Shown here: one piece after another, positions 30,884-40,619 of the stretch
Position numbering within the stretch: position 1 is the stretch's first letter
Layout: each line of letters opens with the position of its first letter
Assembly (NCBI GenBank): GCA_027493955.1
Contig: JAOSJT010000001.1
Coordinates: forward strand, 3,960,586-4,024,585
Source of the DNA: Bacteroidia bacterium
GTDB taxonomy: Bacteria > Bacteroidota > Ignavibacteria > SZUA-365
DNA length: 64,000 nt
Direction of reading: 5' to 3'
The notes under the pieces: model-generated
The model's input: the letters and a program-made list of their open reading frames with translations, nothing else
Database searches by the model: none
Told to the model about the DNA's origin: nothing
Program-made: the position numbers and the translations under genes

Positions 30884-31074
30884 AGCGATTTGTAAAGGCC
30901 AGCGCCTCATGCTGGACGTTCGCCACGACGTCCCGCTTTGCTAGTGTTACTGTGATGGAAGCGCCCCTCCACCGTAGACGCCGATACCGCTCTACGCCTC
31001 GTTGAGTGCACAGACCGGCAGAAAACGCAGAACAGGAGATCGGACCCGCCAGGCGTGTCATCCCTCTGTTCTTT

Positions 31075-31132
31075 CTGTTTTTTCTGCGGTCCACCCCTCT
31101 CTTTTCTGCGCCTTCTGTTTTTTCTGCGTTCC
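31075..31132. repeat. two 18-bp CT-rich direct repeats (CTGTTTTTTCTGCGGTCC / CTGTTTTTTCTGCGTTCC) 40 bp apart, upstream of flotillin
   Basis: Read directly from the sequence. Confidence 0.6.
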
Positions 31133-31307
31133 CGTGTTCTGTGGTCCCGCATTTGTTCGTCTGACAAAGAACCGGTACGTTTGTATGTAATGGCGAGTAC
31201 TTCGCCTGATTCTCCCTATCCCAAGATACAGGGCGTTTCTTCGCTCCGGCATCCATTGCCCGAAAACAAAGTCGATACGCAATATCCACGTTTCTCTGGA
31301 GGCTTTC

Positions 31308-32693
31308 ATGGCTACCTGGCTCATCGTCATCGTCGTTCTCGTTCTTGTCGCCGGCTTCATCTTCTGGATGACGCGGCAGTACAGGAAGGCCGGTCCCAAC
31401 GAGGTGCTGGTCATCTCCGGCCGGCGCAGCGTCATTACGACGCCCGACGGCGCAAAGCAGGAAATTGGCTATAAATTCCGCATCGGTGGCGGTTCCTTCG
31501 TCAATCCTTTCAGCGAGCAAGCGGATACGCTGCCCATCGAGGTTGTCAGCGTCAACATCCGCACCCCGGAAGTGCTGTCCAAGGACGGCATCCCCATACT
31601 TTCCGAATCTTCCGCACAGGTCAAAATCGATTCCAACGAGTACTCGATTTTCCTCGCAACGCAAAACTTCATGGGTGGCGGCACCGACGCGGTGCGCGAA
31701 GTGGCCCAGACGGTGCTCGAAGGCAAGGTGCGCGAAAGCATCGGCAGCATGACGGTGGAGGAGCTGTATCAGAATCGCCAGGAATTCGCCAACCGCGTGT
31801 ACAACGCCGTGGTGCGTGATCTCGGCAGCATGGGTCTCGTCATGATTTCTTTCGCGCTGAAGGACGTCACCGATACGCAGGGCTATCTCGAAGCGCTCAG
31901 CAAGCCGCGCATCGCGGCCGCCAAGCGCGACGCCATCGTCAAGCAGGCCGAGTACGACCGCGACGCGGAAATTTTTGCCGCGCAGGCGAAAAAGGAAGCC
32001 GATATCGCCAAGCTTGTCGCCGCCGCCGAAGTGGCCGGCCGCAACTGGCGTAACGAAGAACTCAAGGCAAAATCCCAAATCGAAGTCAGTAAAGTGCGCG
32101 CCGCCGCCGATACTTCCTACGAGCTCGAACGCCACAAACTTGCGCAGGAAGTGAAGCGCGAGGAATACAAGGTCAAGTTCATCGAGACCGAAGAGCAAGC
32201 CAAGGTGCAGACCGAGGAAATCAAGCGCAAAGAAAAGGAACTCGAAGCCAACGTCATCAAGCCGGCCGAAGCCCGCAAAGTGCAGATTCAGACCGAAGCC
32301 GAGGCCGAAAGCTTCCGCGCCCTCCGTGAAGCGGAAACGAAAGCCACTGTCCGCGCGCGCGAAAATGAACTCGACGCGGAGCGCATCAAAATGCTCGGCA
32401 AGTCCGAAGCCGACGCCATGACCGAAAAAGCCAAGGCCTACGGCGAGTACAATCAGACCGCACACTATCAGATGATTCTGGACATCCTGCCCGAGCTCAC
32501 GAAAAATATCGCCGAGCCGCTCTCGCGTATCGACAAGATCACGATGATCAGCGGCGCCGACGGCAAGCTCGGCACCTCGCAGATCACCGGCCAGGTGGCG
32601 GACATTCTCGCCAACGTGCCCGAGGTCGTCAAGTCCCTCACGGGCGTCGATCTCGCGAAATACCTCAGGGAAAAACTCGGCGGCGATGCGTAA
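31308..32693 (+). CDS. flotillin-like SPFH/band-7 protein (YqiK-type)
   Basis: 461 aa with an N-terminal TM helix, an SPFH domain, then a long EA-rich coiled-coil (flotillin repeats). Confidence 0.85.
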   Translation: MATWLIVIVVLVLVAGFIFWMTRQYRKAGPNEVLVISGRRSVITTPDGAKQEIGYKFRIGGGSFVNPFSEQADTLPIEVVSVNIRTPEVLSKDGIPILSESSAQVKIDSNEYSIFLATQNFMGGGTDAVREVAQTVLEGKVRESIGSMTVEELYQNRQEFANRVYNAVVRDLGSMGLVMISFALKDVTDTQGYLEALSKPRIAAAKRDAIVKQAEYDRDAEIFAAQAKKEADIAKLVAAAEVAGRNWRNEELKAKSQIEVSKVRAAADTSYELERHKLAQEVKREEYKVKFIETEEQAKVQTEEIKRKEKELEANVIKPAEARKVQIQTEAEAESFRALREAETKATVRARENELDAERIKMLGKSEADAMTEKAKAYGEYNQTAHYQMILDILPELTKNIAEPLSRIDKITMISGADGKLGTSQITGQVADILANVPEVVKSLTGVDLAKYLREKLGGDA

Positions 32694-32797
32694 TGCATGG
32701 CAACCGGACTCCCATGTCTCAACGAAACCGCCGCAAGAACCACGCACGCAGCGCGGTGGCCGCGGCATTCAAGTCATAGACAGCATGAGGTAGCACA

Positions 32798-35149
32798 GTG
32801 ACCGCAGACAGAATACATTTGATCGGGTCCTCGCCCACGCTCAAGGTCGCCGCGAAAGCCAAGGCGCTGAAAGAGCAGGGTGTGGACGTCATAGACTTCA
32901 GCGTGGGCGAGCCGGACTTCGGCACGCCCGCGCATATCAAGGATGCCGCCAAGCGCGCCATCGACGAAAACTTCACCAAGTACACCGCCAACGAGGGCAT
33001 TCTCCCGCTGCGCAAGGCCATCGCCGCGCATCTGAAAGAGGAATGCAATCTCGTGTACGATCCCGGGACGGAAATCATCGTCAGCAACGGCGCGAAGCAC
33101 TCCATCTACAACGCCATGATGGCCATCGTCAACGACGGCGACGAAGTCATCATCCCCGCGCCGTACTGGGTGTCGTATCCCGAAATGGTGAAGCTCGCCA
33201 ACGGCAAGCCGGTGATCGTACAGACCCGCGAGGAAGACGGCTTCCGCCTGACGCCGGATCAGCTCCGCGAACACATCAACGCGAGTACGCGCGCGGTGTT
33301 TCTCAACAATCCTTCCAATCCCACGGGCTCGGGCTATTCGCGCGAAGAACTCGAGGCGCTGGCCGACGTCATCGTCGAGGAAGACATCTACGTCATTGCC
33401 GACGAAATTTACGGCAAGCTGATGTACGACAGCCTGAAGTTCACCCGCTTTGCATCGCTCGGACCCGAGGTGTGGAAACGCACCATCACCATAGACGGCG
33501 TGTCCAAGGCCTACAGCATGACGGGCTGGCGCATCGGCTGGGCCGCCGCACCGAAGGACATCGTTTCGGCCATGGCCAAGGTGCAGAGCCACGCCACGTC
33601 CAATCCCTCGTCCATATCGCAACGTGCGGCGCTGGAAGCGTACAAGGGACCGCAGTACGAAATTTCCAAAATGGCGGCTGAGTTCGAGAAGCGCCGCAAT
33701 TTCGTGGTGTACAAGCTGCAATCCATCCCCGGCGTTTCCTGTCCCATGCCCCGCGGCGCGTTCTACGCCTTCCCGAACGTGAAGTCCTTTTATGATAAGG
33801 AGTTCGAAGGTGTACCCATCCGCAACAGCTACGGCATGGCATATTACCTGCTCAAGCATGCGAATGTGGCCATTGTGCCGGGCGACGCCTTCGGTTCGGA
33901 CGACTTCATCCGAATCAGCTATGCAACATCCATGTCCAACTTGCAGGACGGCATGGCCCGCATTGCCGAGGCTCTCTCGAAGCTCAAGCCCGCGCCCAAG
34001 CGCAAGCTCATCAAGCTCGCGAATACGGAAACCGTGGTGAAGCATATCGTGCAGTCCGAAGACGAAGTGCGCATCGACAAGCGCAACGCCCTCGTGGCCG
34101 AAGCGGAAGCCGAGCTGAGCTACAGCAACTACTTCGAATGGAATGCCAATATCAACGGACTCATCGTGCAGCTCCGCACCAACGTGGGGCATCTGTACGA
34201 TTTCTGGGTGGAAAACTGGTATCCCGCGCAGCTCGAAGCAGACATCGAACCGCATGGCGTGATTTACGCTGTGGACGGTGTGGCGGGGCGCGAATCGCAT
34301 GCCTTCTACAACAGCGACACCAAAACCGGCATCCTGTTCAACTGCGACCATTACGGATCGCTGCGCTCGCTCGCTCTCGGACTCGTCAGCGACGTTGCCG
34401 AGCGGCATAGCGACGTGCACGCCATTCGCGCGCTGTCCATGGACATCAACGGCGAGGGCGTGCTGTTTATCGGACCATCCGGTACGAAAAAGACGGAGCT
34501 GTTCTGGCGCCTCTTCTCCGAACGCGATGAAACCGCACTGCACAGCTACGACTATCTGTTTGTGCGCTATGGCGGCGGCTATGCGGCCGCGGACAATCCC
34601 GAGCGCAAGATGTACATGCCCACCAATACCGTCGAGTCCTGGGACGGCCTGGCAAAGCTTTTCGACAAGAGCAAATGCGAGAACGTGACTACGCGTGTCG
34701 AGGACTGCCGTAACGACAAGCACAAAGTGAACGACAGTTGCCGCCTCAACAGCGGCGCGCCGTACAGCTACTCCTGCGCGAAGAAAAGCCATGCCATGCT
34801 CGATCCCTACTGGCTGGGGGGCATGTCGCGTCACGTCAAGCGCATCGATATACGGCATGTGTTCATTCTCCGCAACGATCCCGTGTCGGCCGCAGTGCAG
34901 AAGCTCGATGTCGAGGATGCGCTGCATCAGATTGAGGCCGGCTATCCGGCGGGTACGTCCGGAGGCAAGCAGGAGCAGTGGTACAATCCGCATCTGCTGC
35001 TGCGCGGGCAGGATCGTTTCGATTTGCAGAAAACTTTCTTTGGCAAACTGTTCCGTTCGGCCGCGGTGTATCAGCTCAACGCCGGTACAGCCACGGTGAC
35101 GGAAATGGCGCAGCATGTTTTGAAAAACGTCGGCGTAAGCGGAAGGTGA
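32798..35149 (+). CDS. fusion protein: class-I aspartate aminotransferase (residues 1-400) plus a PEP-carboxykinase(ATP)-like C-terminal domain (residues 400-783) with altered active-site motifs
   Basis: Complete AspAT ([13 protein letters not shown] PLP-lysine region). The C-terminal domain aligns to the PckA nucleotide-binding half: HYGSLRSLA vs [23 protein letters not shown] vs [23 protein letters not shown] vs [24 protein letters not shown] vs IFLTADAFGVLPPVSKL. Confidence 0.7.
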   Translation: [783 protein letters not shown]

Positions 35150-35153
35150 GACA

Positions 35154-37013
35154 ATGGCGAAAGACATCTATGACGATGCATACTATAAAAAGTTCTACGA
35201 GCAGCTCGTTCCATTGCTCAAGGGACCGAACATCAAGGAAGTGGACCTCAAGTGGCTGGAGCCGCGGGTAAAGGAATACGCGCAGAAAACGAAACACGGC
35301 TCGCACGTGTGGCGTTCGGTGCAGAGCTCGCGTCTGGCCGCCAAGACCGTGTATCTCGGTACAGAGAAGGTCCGGCTCCCCTATCTGCTCCCGTATCAGG
35401 AAAAAGTGGTCAAGGGCGCGCCGGACGAGCTGGAGAAAGTGCTGAAATGGATGAAGACACTGCCCTTCATCAAGCTCACGCGGCAGATGGGCAACAATCC
35501 GGATTTCAATCCGGTTTGTACGCTGTATCTGAGTGTGGGCGACTGGCGCAACTCGCGTCTCGCCTACATGTGGGGCAATTTGCTGGACGATCCCGGAGGT
35601 CGGCCCGGTCCGGAGATCACCATGATTCACATCCCCGAGGAGCATCAGAGTCGCCAGCAGATTCTGACCATGCCGGAGTTCAATCTGAACATCTGTCTCG
35701 GCAGCGATTATCTCGGCGAGGAGAAAAAGGGCTTCCTTCGCCAGGCCATGTGGCTGGCGGATGAACGCGGTATGCTCGGTCTGCACGCGGGAAGCAAAGT
35801 GGTGGTCGCGCGCGACGCCAAGAGCAACGATCTCAAGCGTCATGGCGTCATCCTTTTCGGTATGACTGCTACGGGCAAATCCACCTGGAGCTGCCATCAG
35901 CTCGAGATGGATCCCAAGCGCGGCGAGATGACGTACGCGTCGCAGGACGACATTTGCTTCCTCAAAGACGACGGATCGGCCTACGGATCGGAGCACAACT
36001 TCTATGTGAAAACCGATGTGCGCAAGAGCGATCAGGAAGCGATGTTCCACGCACTCACGCACAAAAGCGCCCTGCTCGAAAATGTGATGGTCACCGCGGC
36101 CGGCGATGTCGACTTTCTCGACGAGAGTCTCTGCGGCAACGGTCGCGCGGTGGTGCGCATGGACAAGCTCGACATCGAGCGCGACGGCAAGCGCATTTCC
36201 ATCGCGGCGGATTCCATCAATCTGCCCAGTCTGGAAAAGAACGACGCACTGTGGTTCGCTTTCATCACCCGCCGTAACACGCTGATGCCCTTCTCGCAGA
36301 TGCTCACGCCGGAGCAGGGTGTGCTTGCGTATCTGTTCGGCGAATCCACGCTGAGTTTCGCGGCCAATCCCGAAAAAGCCGGCGAGTCCGTACGCATCGT
36401 CGGCACCGACGATTTCATCATCGGCAGCCGCGGCGCAAAGGTGAACCGCTTCTACGACATCATCATGAAGCTCACGACGAAGTATCCCGGCCAGGTGAAT
36501 TTCCGCCTGTACAATACCGGCGGCATGGGCGAGGTGATCGAGGAGTACGAAGAGCGCGGCGTGGCGAAAAAGCGTCTCGTGCGCAAGGCCGAGCGCGTGC
36601 CACTCGATCTCATGGCGGCCATTCAGCGCGGCGATCTCCGCGGCACGAACAAGTACGAAAAGGGCGTGCTTGGTACCATGTCCATCGTGGAAGCCGACGG
36701 CCGACGCATGGACGAATGGGATGTGCACAAACTCTACACCGACGAACAGATCGACCATCTGATCAAGGACATCATTCAGGGTCGCCGTGCCTTCCTGGAA
36801 GAAGTGTCGAAGGAAGGCCTGCGTCCCGAAATCATCGCCGCGGCCGAGCGCAGCTTCCGCGCCATGGGCGACACCAGCGTGCGGAGGAGCAGCTCGCCCA
36901 ACGCTTCCACCGGCGGTTACAACATCCCCGCCCCGCCCGAGCCCCGCGTGATTGTGCGCAGCGACGAGCCCGTATCGCGCCCCCGCAAGCCGGGAGTCTG
37001 GCGCTGGCGGTAG
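35154..37013 (+). CDS. divergent phosphoenolpyruvate carboxykinase (ATP)-family protein with a Pro/Arg-rich C-terminal tail
   Basis: 619 aa with YLGEEKKG (PckA YGGEMKKG), ILFGMTATGKST (kinase-1a), DPKRGEMTYASQDDICFLKDDGSAYGSEHNFYVKT (PckA [30 protein letters not shown]) and YNTGGMGE (PckA NTGWNG). Starts 4 bp after the fusion gene. Confidence 0.7.
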   Translation: MAKDIYDDAYYKKFYEQLVPLLKGPNIKEVDLKWLEPRVKEYAQKTKHGSHVWRSVQSSRLAAKTVYLGTEKVRLPYLLPYQEKVVKGAPDELEKVLKWMKTLPFIKLTRQMGNNPDFNPVCTLYLSVGDWRNSRLAYMWGNLLDDPGGRPGPEITMIHIPEEHQSRQQILTMPEFNLNICLGSDYLGEEKKGFLRQAMWLADERGMLGLHAGSKVVVARDAKSNDLKRHGVILFGMTATGKSTWSCHQLEMDPKRGEMTYASQDDICFLKDDGSAYGSEHNFYVKTDVRKSDQEAMFHALTHKSALLENVMVTAAGDVDFLDESLCGNGRAVVRMDKLDIERDGKRISIAADSINLPSLEKNDALWFAFITRRNTLMPFSQMLTPEQGVLAYLFGESTLSFAANPEKAGESVRIVGTDDFIIGSRGAKVNRFYDIIMKLTTKYPGQVNFRLYNTGGMGEVIEEYEERGVAKKRLVRKAERVPLDLMAAIQRGDLRGTNKYEKGVLGTMSIVEADGRRMDEWDVHKLYTDEQIDHLIKDIIQGRRAFLEEVSKEGLRPEIIAAAERSFRAMGDTSVRRSSSPNASTGGYNIPAPPEPRVIVRSDEPVSRPRKPGVWRWR

Positions 37014-37062
37014 GACCCTCACCCTCCCTCACCCCCTTCCCCCTCTCTCCGCCTCAGGAGGA

Positions 37063-37296
37063 GAGAGGGGAGGGTGCTTCTCGAATGTGTACTGTGTTAA
37101 TTGTAACACAAGCGGAAACCCTCTTCCTTTGGGAACGATGAAGAGGAAATCATATAGAAAAATATAGACGACCAAAACCCCTCTTCCTACCGGTCCTGGC
37201 GGGATGCTGCCGGGGGCATCCCTCCGGGACCCCGCAGAGAGGGGAGGGTGCTTCTCGAATGTGTAGCGTGTGTATTGAAACACCGGCATATTCCTT
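37063..37296. repeat. two copies, about 175 bp apart, of a roughly 65-bp element (GAGAGGGGAGGGTGCTTCTCGAATGTGTA...GTGTTAATTGTAACAC...)
   Basis: Read directly from the sequence. Each copy has an internal hairpin (GTGTTA-ATTG-TAACAC). The first copy abuts a CCCCTCTCTCC/GGAGAGAGGGG hairpin just after the PckA-like stop. Confidence 0.7.
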
Positions 37297-37589
37297 CCGC
37301 TGGTCCTCATACATCAGGATTGTCAATGCGGCACTGATAGCGGACCCGGTATATCCGAATAGTGCATCCATTTTTGCACTGATACTCTCTTAGCTGTGGG
37401 GTATCTTGCCGCTTGCAATTTGCGTGTTGGTTATAACGAGATACCCGAAGGTGGTTCTGCTCATTCGTTTTCGCCTGAAAGTATTCCGGATTCCAATAAT
37501 CGACATACGTCATACCCCGCTGTGCCGGTTTTCGCTGTGAGGCACGGTTTGACGGATCGAGCGACGTCGTCAATAGAGGAGAGGTCCGC

Positions 37590-37886
37590 ATGAGGAGCGA
37601 TCTTGATGCTGTTGAAGAATCGGAAGATCTCAAGTTCGAGGTTTTCCCGAATCCTGCCCGGAAGGAAATCACGTCTCGATTCGTTCTTGCGGCACCCGCT
37701 TTAGCGCGTCTGTCGCTGTACGATATCTCAGGACACTTCATTCAAGACCTGTACCGTTCAGGCACTCTCGATGCCGGTACGCACCAGGTAACATGTACCC
37801 TCGAAAACATGCAAGTAGGTTATTATCACGTCGTGCTGCGCGTGAACAAAAACGTCGTGCGGAAATTGATCCATATAGTACTCTGA
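37590..37886 (+). pseudogene. orphan T9SS C-terminal sorting domain (98 aa) with no upstream cargo and no signal peptide
   Basis: ...KFEVFPNPARKEITSRFVLAAP...LSLYDISGHFIQDLY...GYYHVVLRVNK is a complete Por CTD. Nothing protein-like lies upstream in any frame. Confidence 0.4.
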
Positions 37887-37900
37887 TCGTGGGGCGCATC

Positions 37901-40159
37901 ATGACGAACACCAGATATATAACAATCACTTCTGCCCTGCTTCTGCTCATGCTAACAACGGACGCGGCGGCACAATGGAAACAGCTTCCCATCCCCGCAG
38001 TTCATGGCAAGATTGCCTGCGCATCGGACGGGTCGCTCCGGGTACTGACCAACGGCACACTCTGTTACAGCGATGCGGGCAGGAAGTCTTGGACCTACCA
38101 ATCCTTCCCGTACGATCTGCGTGATCGTACCTTCTACCCGCTGCGGCAAATGCTTCTTGCTTCCGACGACACAATGCTGATCATCTCCATGAGTGGAGAT
38201 GTGTATTCCGTCGTACGGGGAGAGGAGACCCTACGTCCGGCTTCTGAGGGATTGCGGTCGAAGAATCCTCGTGGTCCCTTTCTCTTGACCTCTCGGGGCA
38301 AGCGCGGCGAACTCCTGCTCTGTCATGAGCAATTCTACGCATCCACAAACAACGGCGCAAGCTGGGAACTGCGGTACAGCGATCCAGGATCAGGCAGTTT
38401 TGGTCCCGGCGCGGTGGATCCGTGGAATACGGATGTGATGCTCCTGCTCAATGCGAATATCATTCACAGATCCACCGATGCGGGCGCGACGTGGCGGATG
38501 ATCCCTATGGAGCTGTCCTCCTACGGAGCGGCCGACATGATTGTCTGCCCCGACGGACAGATTCACGCGGGGCGCTACCACTCATCGAATTGCGGCGAGA
38601 CGTGGAGAACGTACCCTATGGAGGGAGGTATCGACGATTATTGGGGCGATGACAACCTCAAGTATGTATACAACAGTCAGGAACATAGCGTGTACGCATT
38701 AAACCGGCTTTACGGATTGTTCTGCCGGGATCTCGACAATCCGACTTTCCAGATCACCACATTGTCCTCATCCTACGACAGATGGATACGGTCGTTCCGT
38801 CTTAGTGCTGATGTCTCGTACGATGCACGATCGGGCAAAATGTTCGCCATCGTCAATGATTCACTGTACGAATATCTGCGGGGGGAGGTCGCGTTACTGA
38901 GCAACACCGTTTCGGCAGCGCCGGTCAACGGTTTGCTCGCGTACAATGCGGAAGGGGATACGCTTTTGGTCTCAACACCGCATACCACTCTGAAGAGTAC
39001 CGATGCAGGCCGGACATGGGAATCAACCTCAATACGGGGGGTAGGTCATTTCAAGATGGAAATGATGCATTCCAAGAGAAGCAAAGATATGATCTACCAG
39101 TTCAACAGGGAGAATCAAATTATCTGGGTAATAGAGAACGAGAAGTCGTTAGAGAAATGGATCAGACTTGTCGGACCTTGCAAGCCCACCTACGATCCGT
39201 TCAGCAAGGATACCTTCCACGGTGGAAGCAACGGACTCTGGAGATTGAACGATTCCGAGGTGCTGAGCGCGGATTCCACCGCTGTTCTCATGGGCGAGTT
39301 ATATGCGGGCACGCCCGTGCTTGCTCAATGCCTGTCCTTCGACAAGCATAGGGAAGGTGCTATACTACTCGCCGGCCTCGATCGGGACGATGGGAGAACC
39401 TCGCAGCTCCACCGCACCGGTAACTACGGTTTTAGTTGGGCGCGGATTACCTCCATCGCCCTGAATGAGACGCCGATTGACATCATTTTCGATGATGCTG
39501 TTGAAAACAGGATTCTCGTGATCGAGCCGACGGGAGTGCATATCACCACCGACGACGGCGTGACCTGGCAATATCGAGACCCCGGTCTTGGAAGCAGAAA
39601 GATCACATCCGTAGCTATCGATCCGGACAATGCATCGACAATGTTTCTCGGCGTCACCTCTCCGTCGAGACTCGACCCCATCCCGCAGTCGCGCGAAGAT
39701 GGCGGAGGCGTGTGGCAAAGCACGGATAGTGGTATGACGTGGGGCAAGCTCCCCATCAACGGCTTGCACAACTATAATATTTCGCATGTCCTCGCGCTTC
39801 GCAATCCCCGCCGCATTTTAGTCGGCACTCCCTGCGGCGCATATGAATATCTTCTTGATTCGACCACCTCCGTCACACCGCAGAGCGCTGCGCCTACCGG
39901 CGGGGTGGAATTCGAGATATACCCAAATCCAGGTCGTGGAGTTGTGAACATCAGGTACACGATTAGCGCCCCCTCGGCTGTGCGGGTTGCGGTGTACGAC
40001 GTTCTCGGAAGGGTGGTGAGCGTTCAATCCGTGGATGCGGCATCGGGCGGCAGTCACACCTTGACCCTGGCTACCGCGGCTCTGCGTGATGGTGTGTACA
40101 TCGTGACGCTTGAGACACAAAGCGGAATTGCCGCACGCAGAATGCTGCTTGCGCGATGA
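37901..40159 (+). CDS. T9SS-secreted BNR / Ycf48-like repeat protein
   Basis: ORF 37793..40159. Signal peptide from ATG 37901 (MTNTRYITITSALLLLMLTTDAAAQ). Repeats STNNGASWE, STDAGATW, STDAGRTWE, TTDDGVTWQ and STDSGMTWG. C-terminal Por CTD (EFEIYPNPGRGVVNIRY...). Confidence 0.7.
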   Translation: MTNTRYITITSALLLLMLTTDAAAQWKQLPIPAVHGKIACASDGSLRVLTNGTLCYSDAGRKSWTYQSFPYDLRDRTFYPLRQMLLASDDTMLIISMSGDVYSVVRGEETLRPASEGLRSKNPRGPFLLTSRGKRGELLLCHEQFYASTNNGASWELRYSDPGSGSFGPGAVDPWNTDVMLLLNANIIHRSTDAGATWRMIPMELSSYGAADMIVCPDGQIHAGRYHSSNCGETWRTYPMEGGIDDYWGDDNLKYVYNSQEHSVYALNRLYGLFCRDLDNPTFQITTLSSSYDRWIRSFRLSADVSYDARSGKMFAIVNDSLYEYLRGEVALLSNTVSAAPVNGLLAYNAEGDTLLVSTPHTTLKSTDAGRTWESTSIRGVGHFKMEMMHSKRSKDMIYQFNRENQIIWVIENEKSLEKWIRLVGPCKPTYDPFSKDTFHGGSNGLWRLNDSEVLSADSTAVLMGELYAGTPVLAQCLSFDKHREGAILLAGLDRDDGRTSQLHRTGNYGFSWARITSIALNETPIDIIFDDAVENRILVIEPTGVHITTDDGVTWQYRDPGLGSRKITSVAIDPDNASTMFLGVTSPSRLDPIPQSREDGGGVWQSTDSGMTWGKLPINGLHNYNISHVLALRNPRRILVGTPCGAYEYLLDSTTSVTPQSAAPTGGVEFEIYPNPGRGVVNIRYTISAPSAVRVAVYDVLGRVVSVQSVDAASGGSHTLTLATAALRDGVYIVTLETQSGIAARRMLLAR

Positions 40160-40619
40160 GGATTGCTCGTAACTGCAGGTGTGGGGTAAAAAACCACTGG
40201 TATTGAACTCGGGCTAACCGTTCCGACGATTCACAAACGAGAAGGTGTGCGAACGGATGCCGGAGGCGCTGGCGGAAATCAGACAGTTTATACAGGATCG
40301 GCAGGGGGCAGGGAAGTTGCTTCAACGCGATACAAGGGGACGATCATAGCAGGTACTGTGCTTATCAGCGCCTGCTTCGAAAAACATTGAGTGCGGGAAT
40401 TGAAGCAACGCCAGTCGACGGAGCATCCGCCGTGGGGGCTTGTTTTGCGATAGGCAGGTCCGATATATTATTCTGTCAAGGGCTGCAACTTTTTTCCCAC
40501 ATCCGACTCTATTACTATGTGCAGCATAATGCGCCGTTAGTCCGGAGTAGCACCGTCATCTGATGCCAAGCACCAAGTCCTCGCCACACCCACCGTCGGA
40601 TACGCGACAGGAAGAATTC

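Noticed and set aside
30795-32768. 657-aa minus-strand ORF
   Set aside because: Gly/Ala/Leu-rich low-complexity shadow of the plus-strand flotillin gene (31308..32693), which has clear SPFH homology.
32774-37022. 797-aa and 648-aa minus-strand ORFs
   Set aside because: Shadow ORFs antisense to the AspAT-fusion and PckA-like genes. Their composition is biased and they have no motifs.
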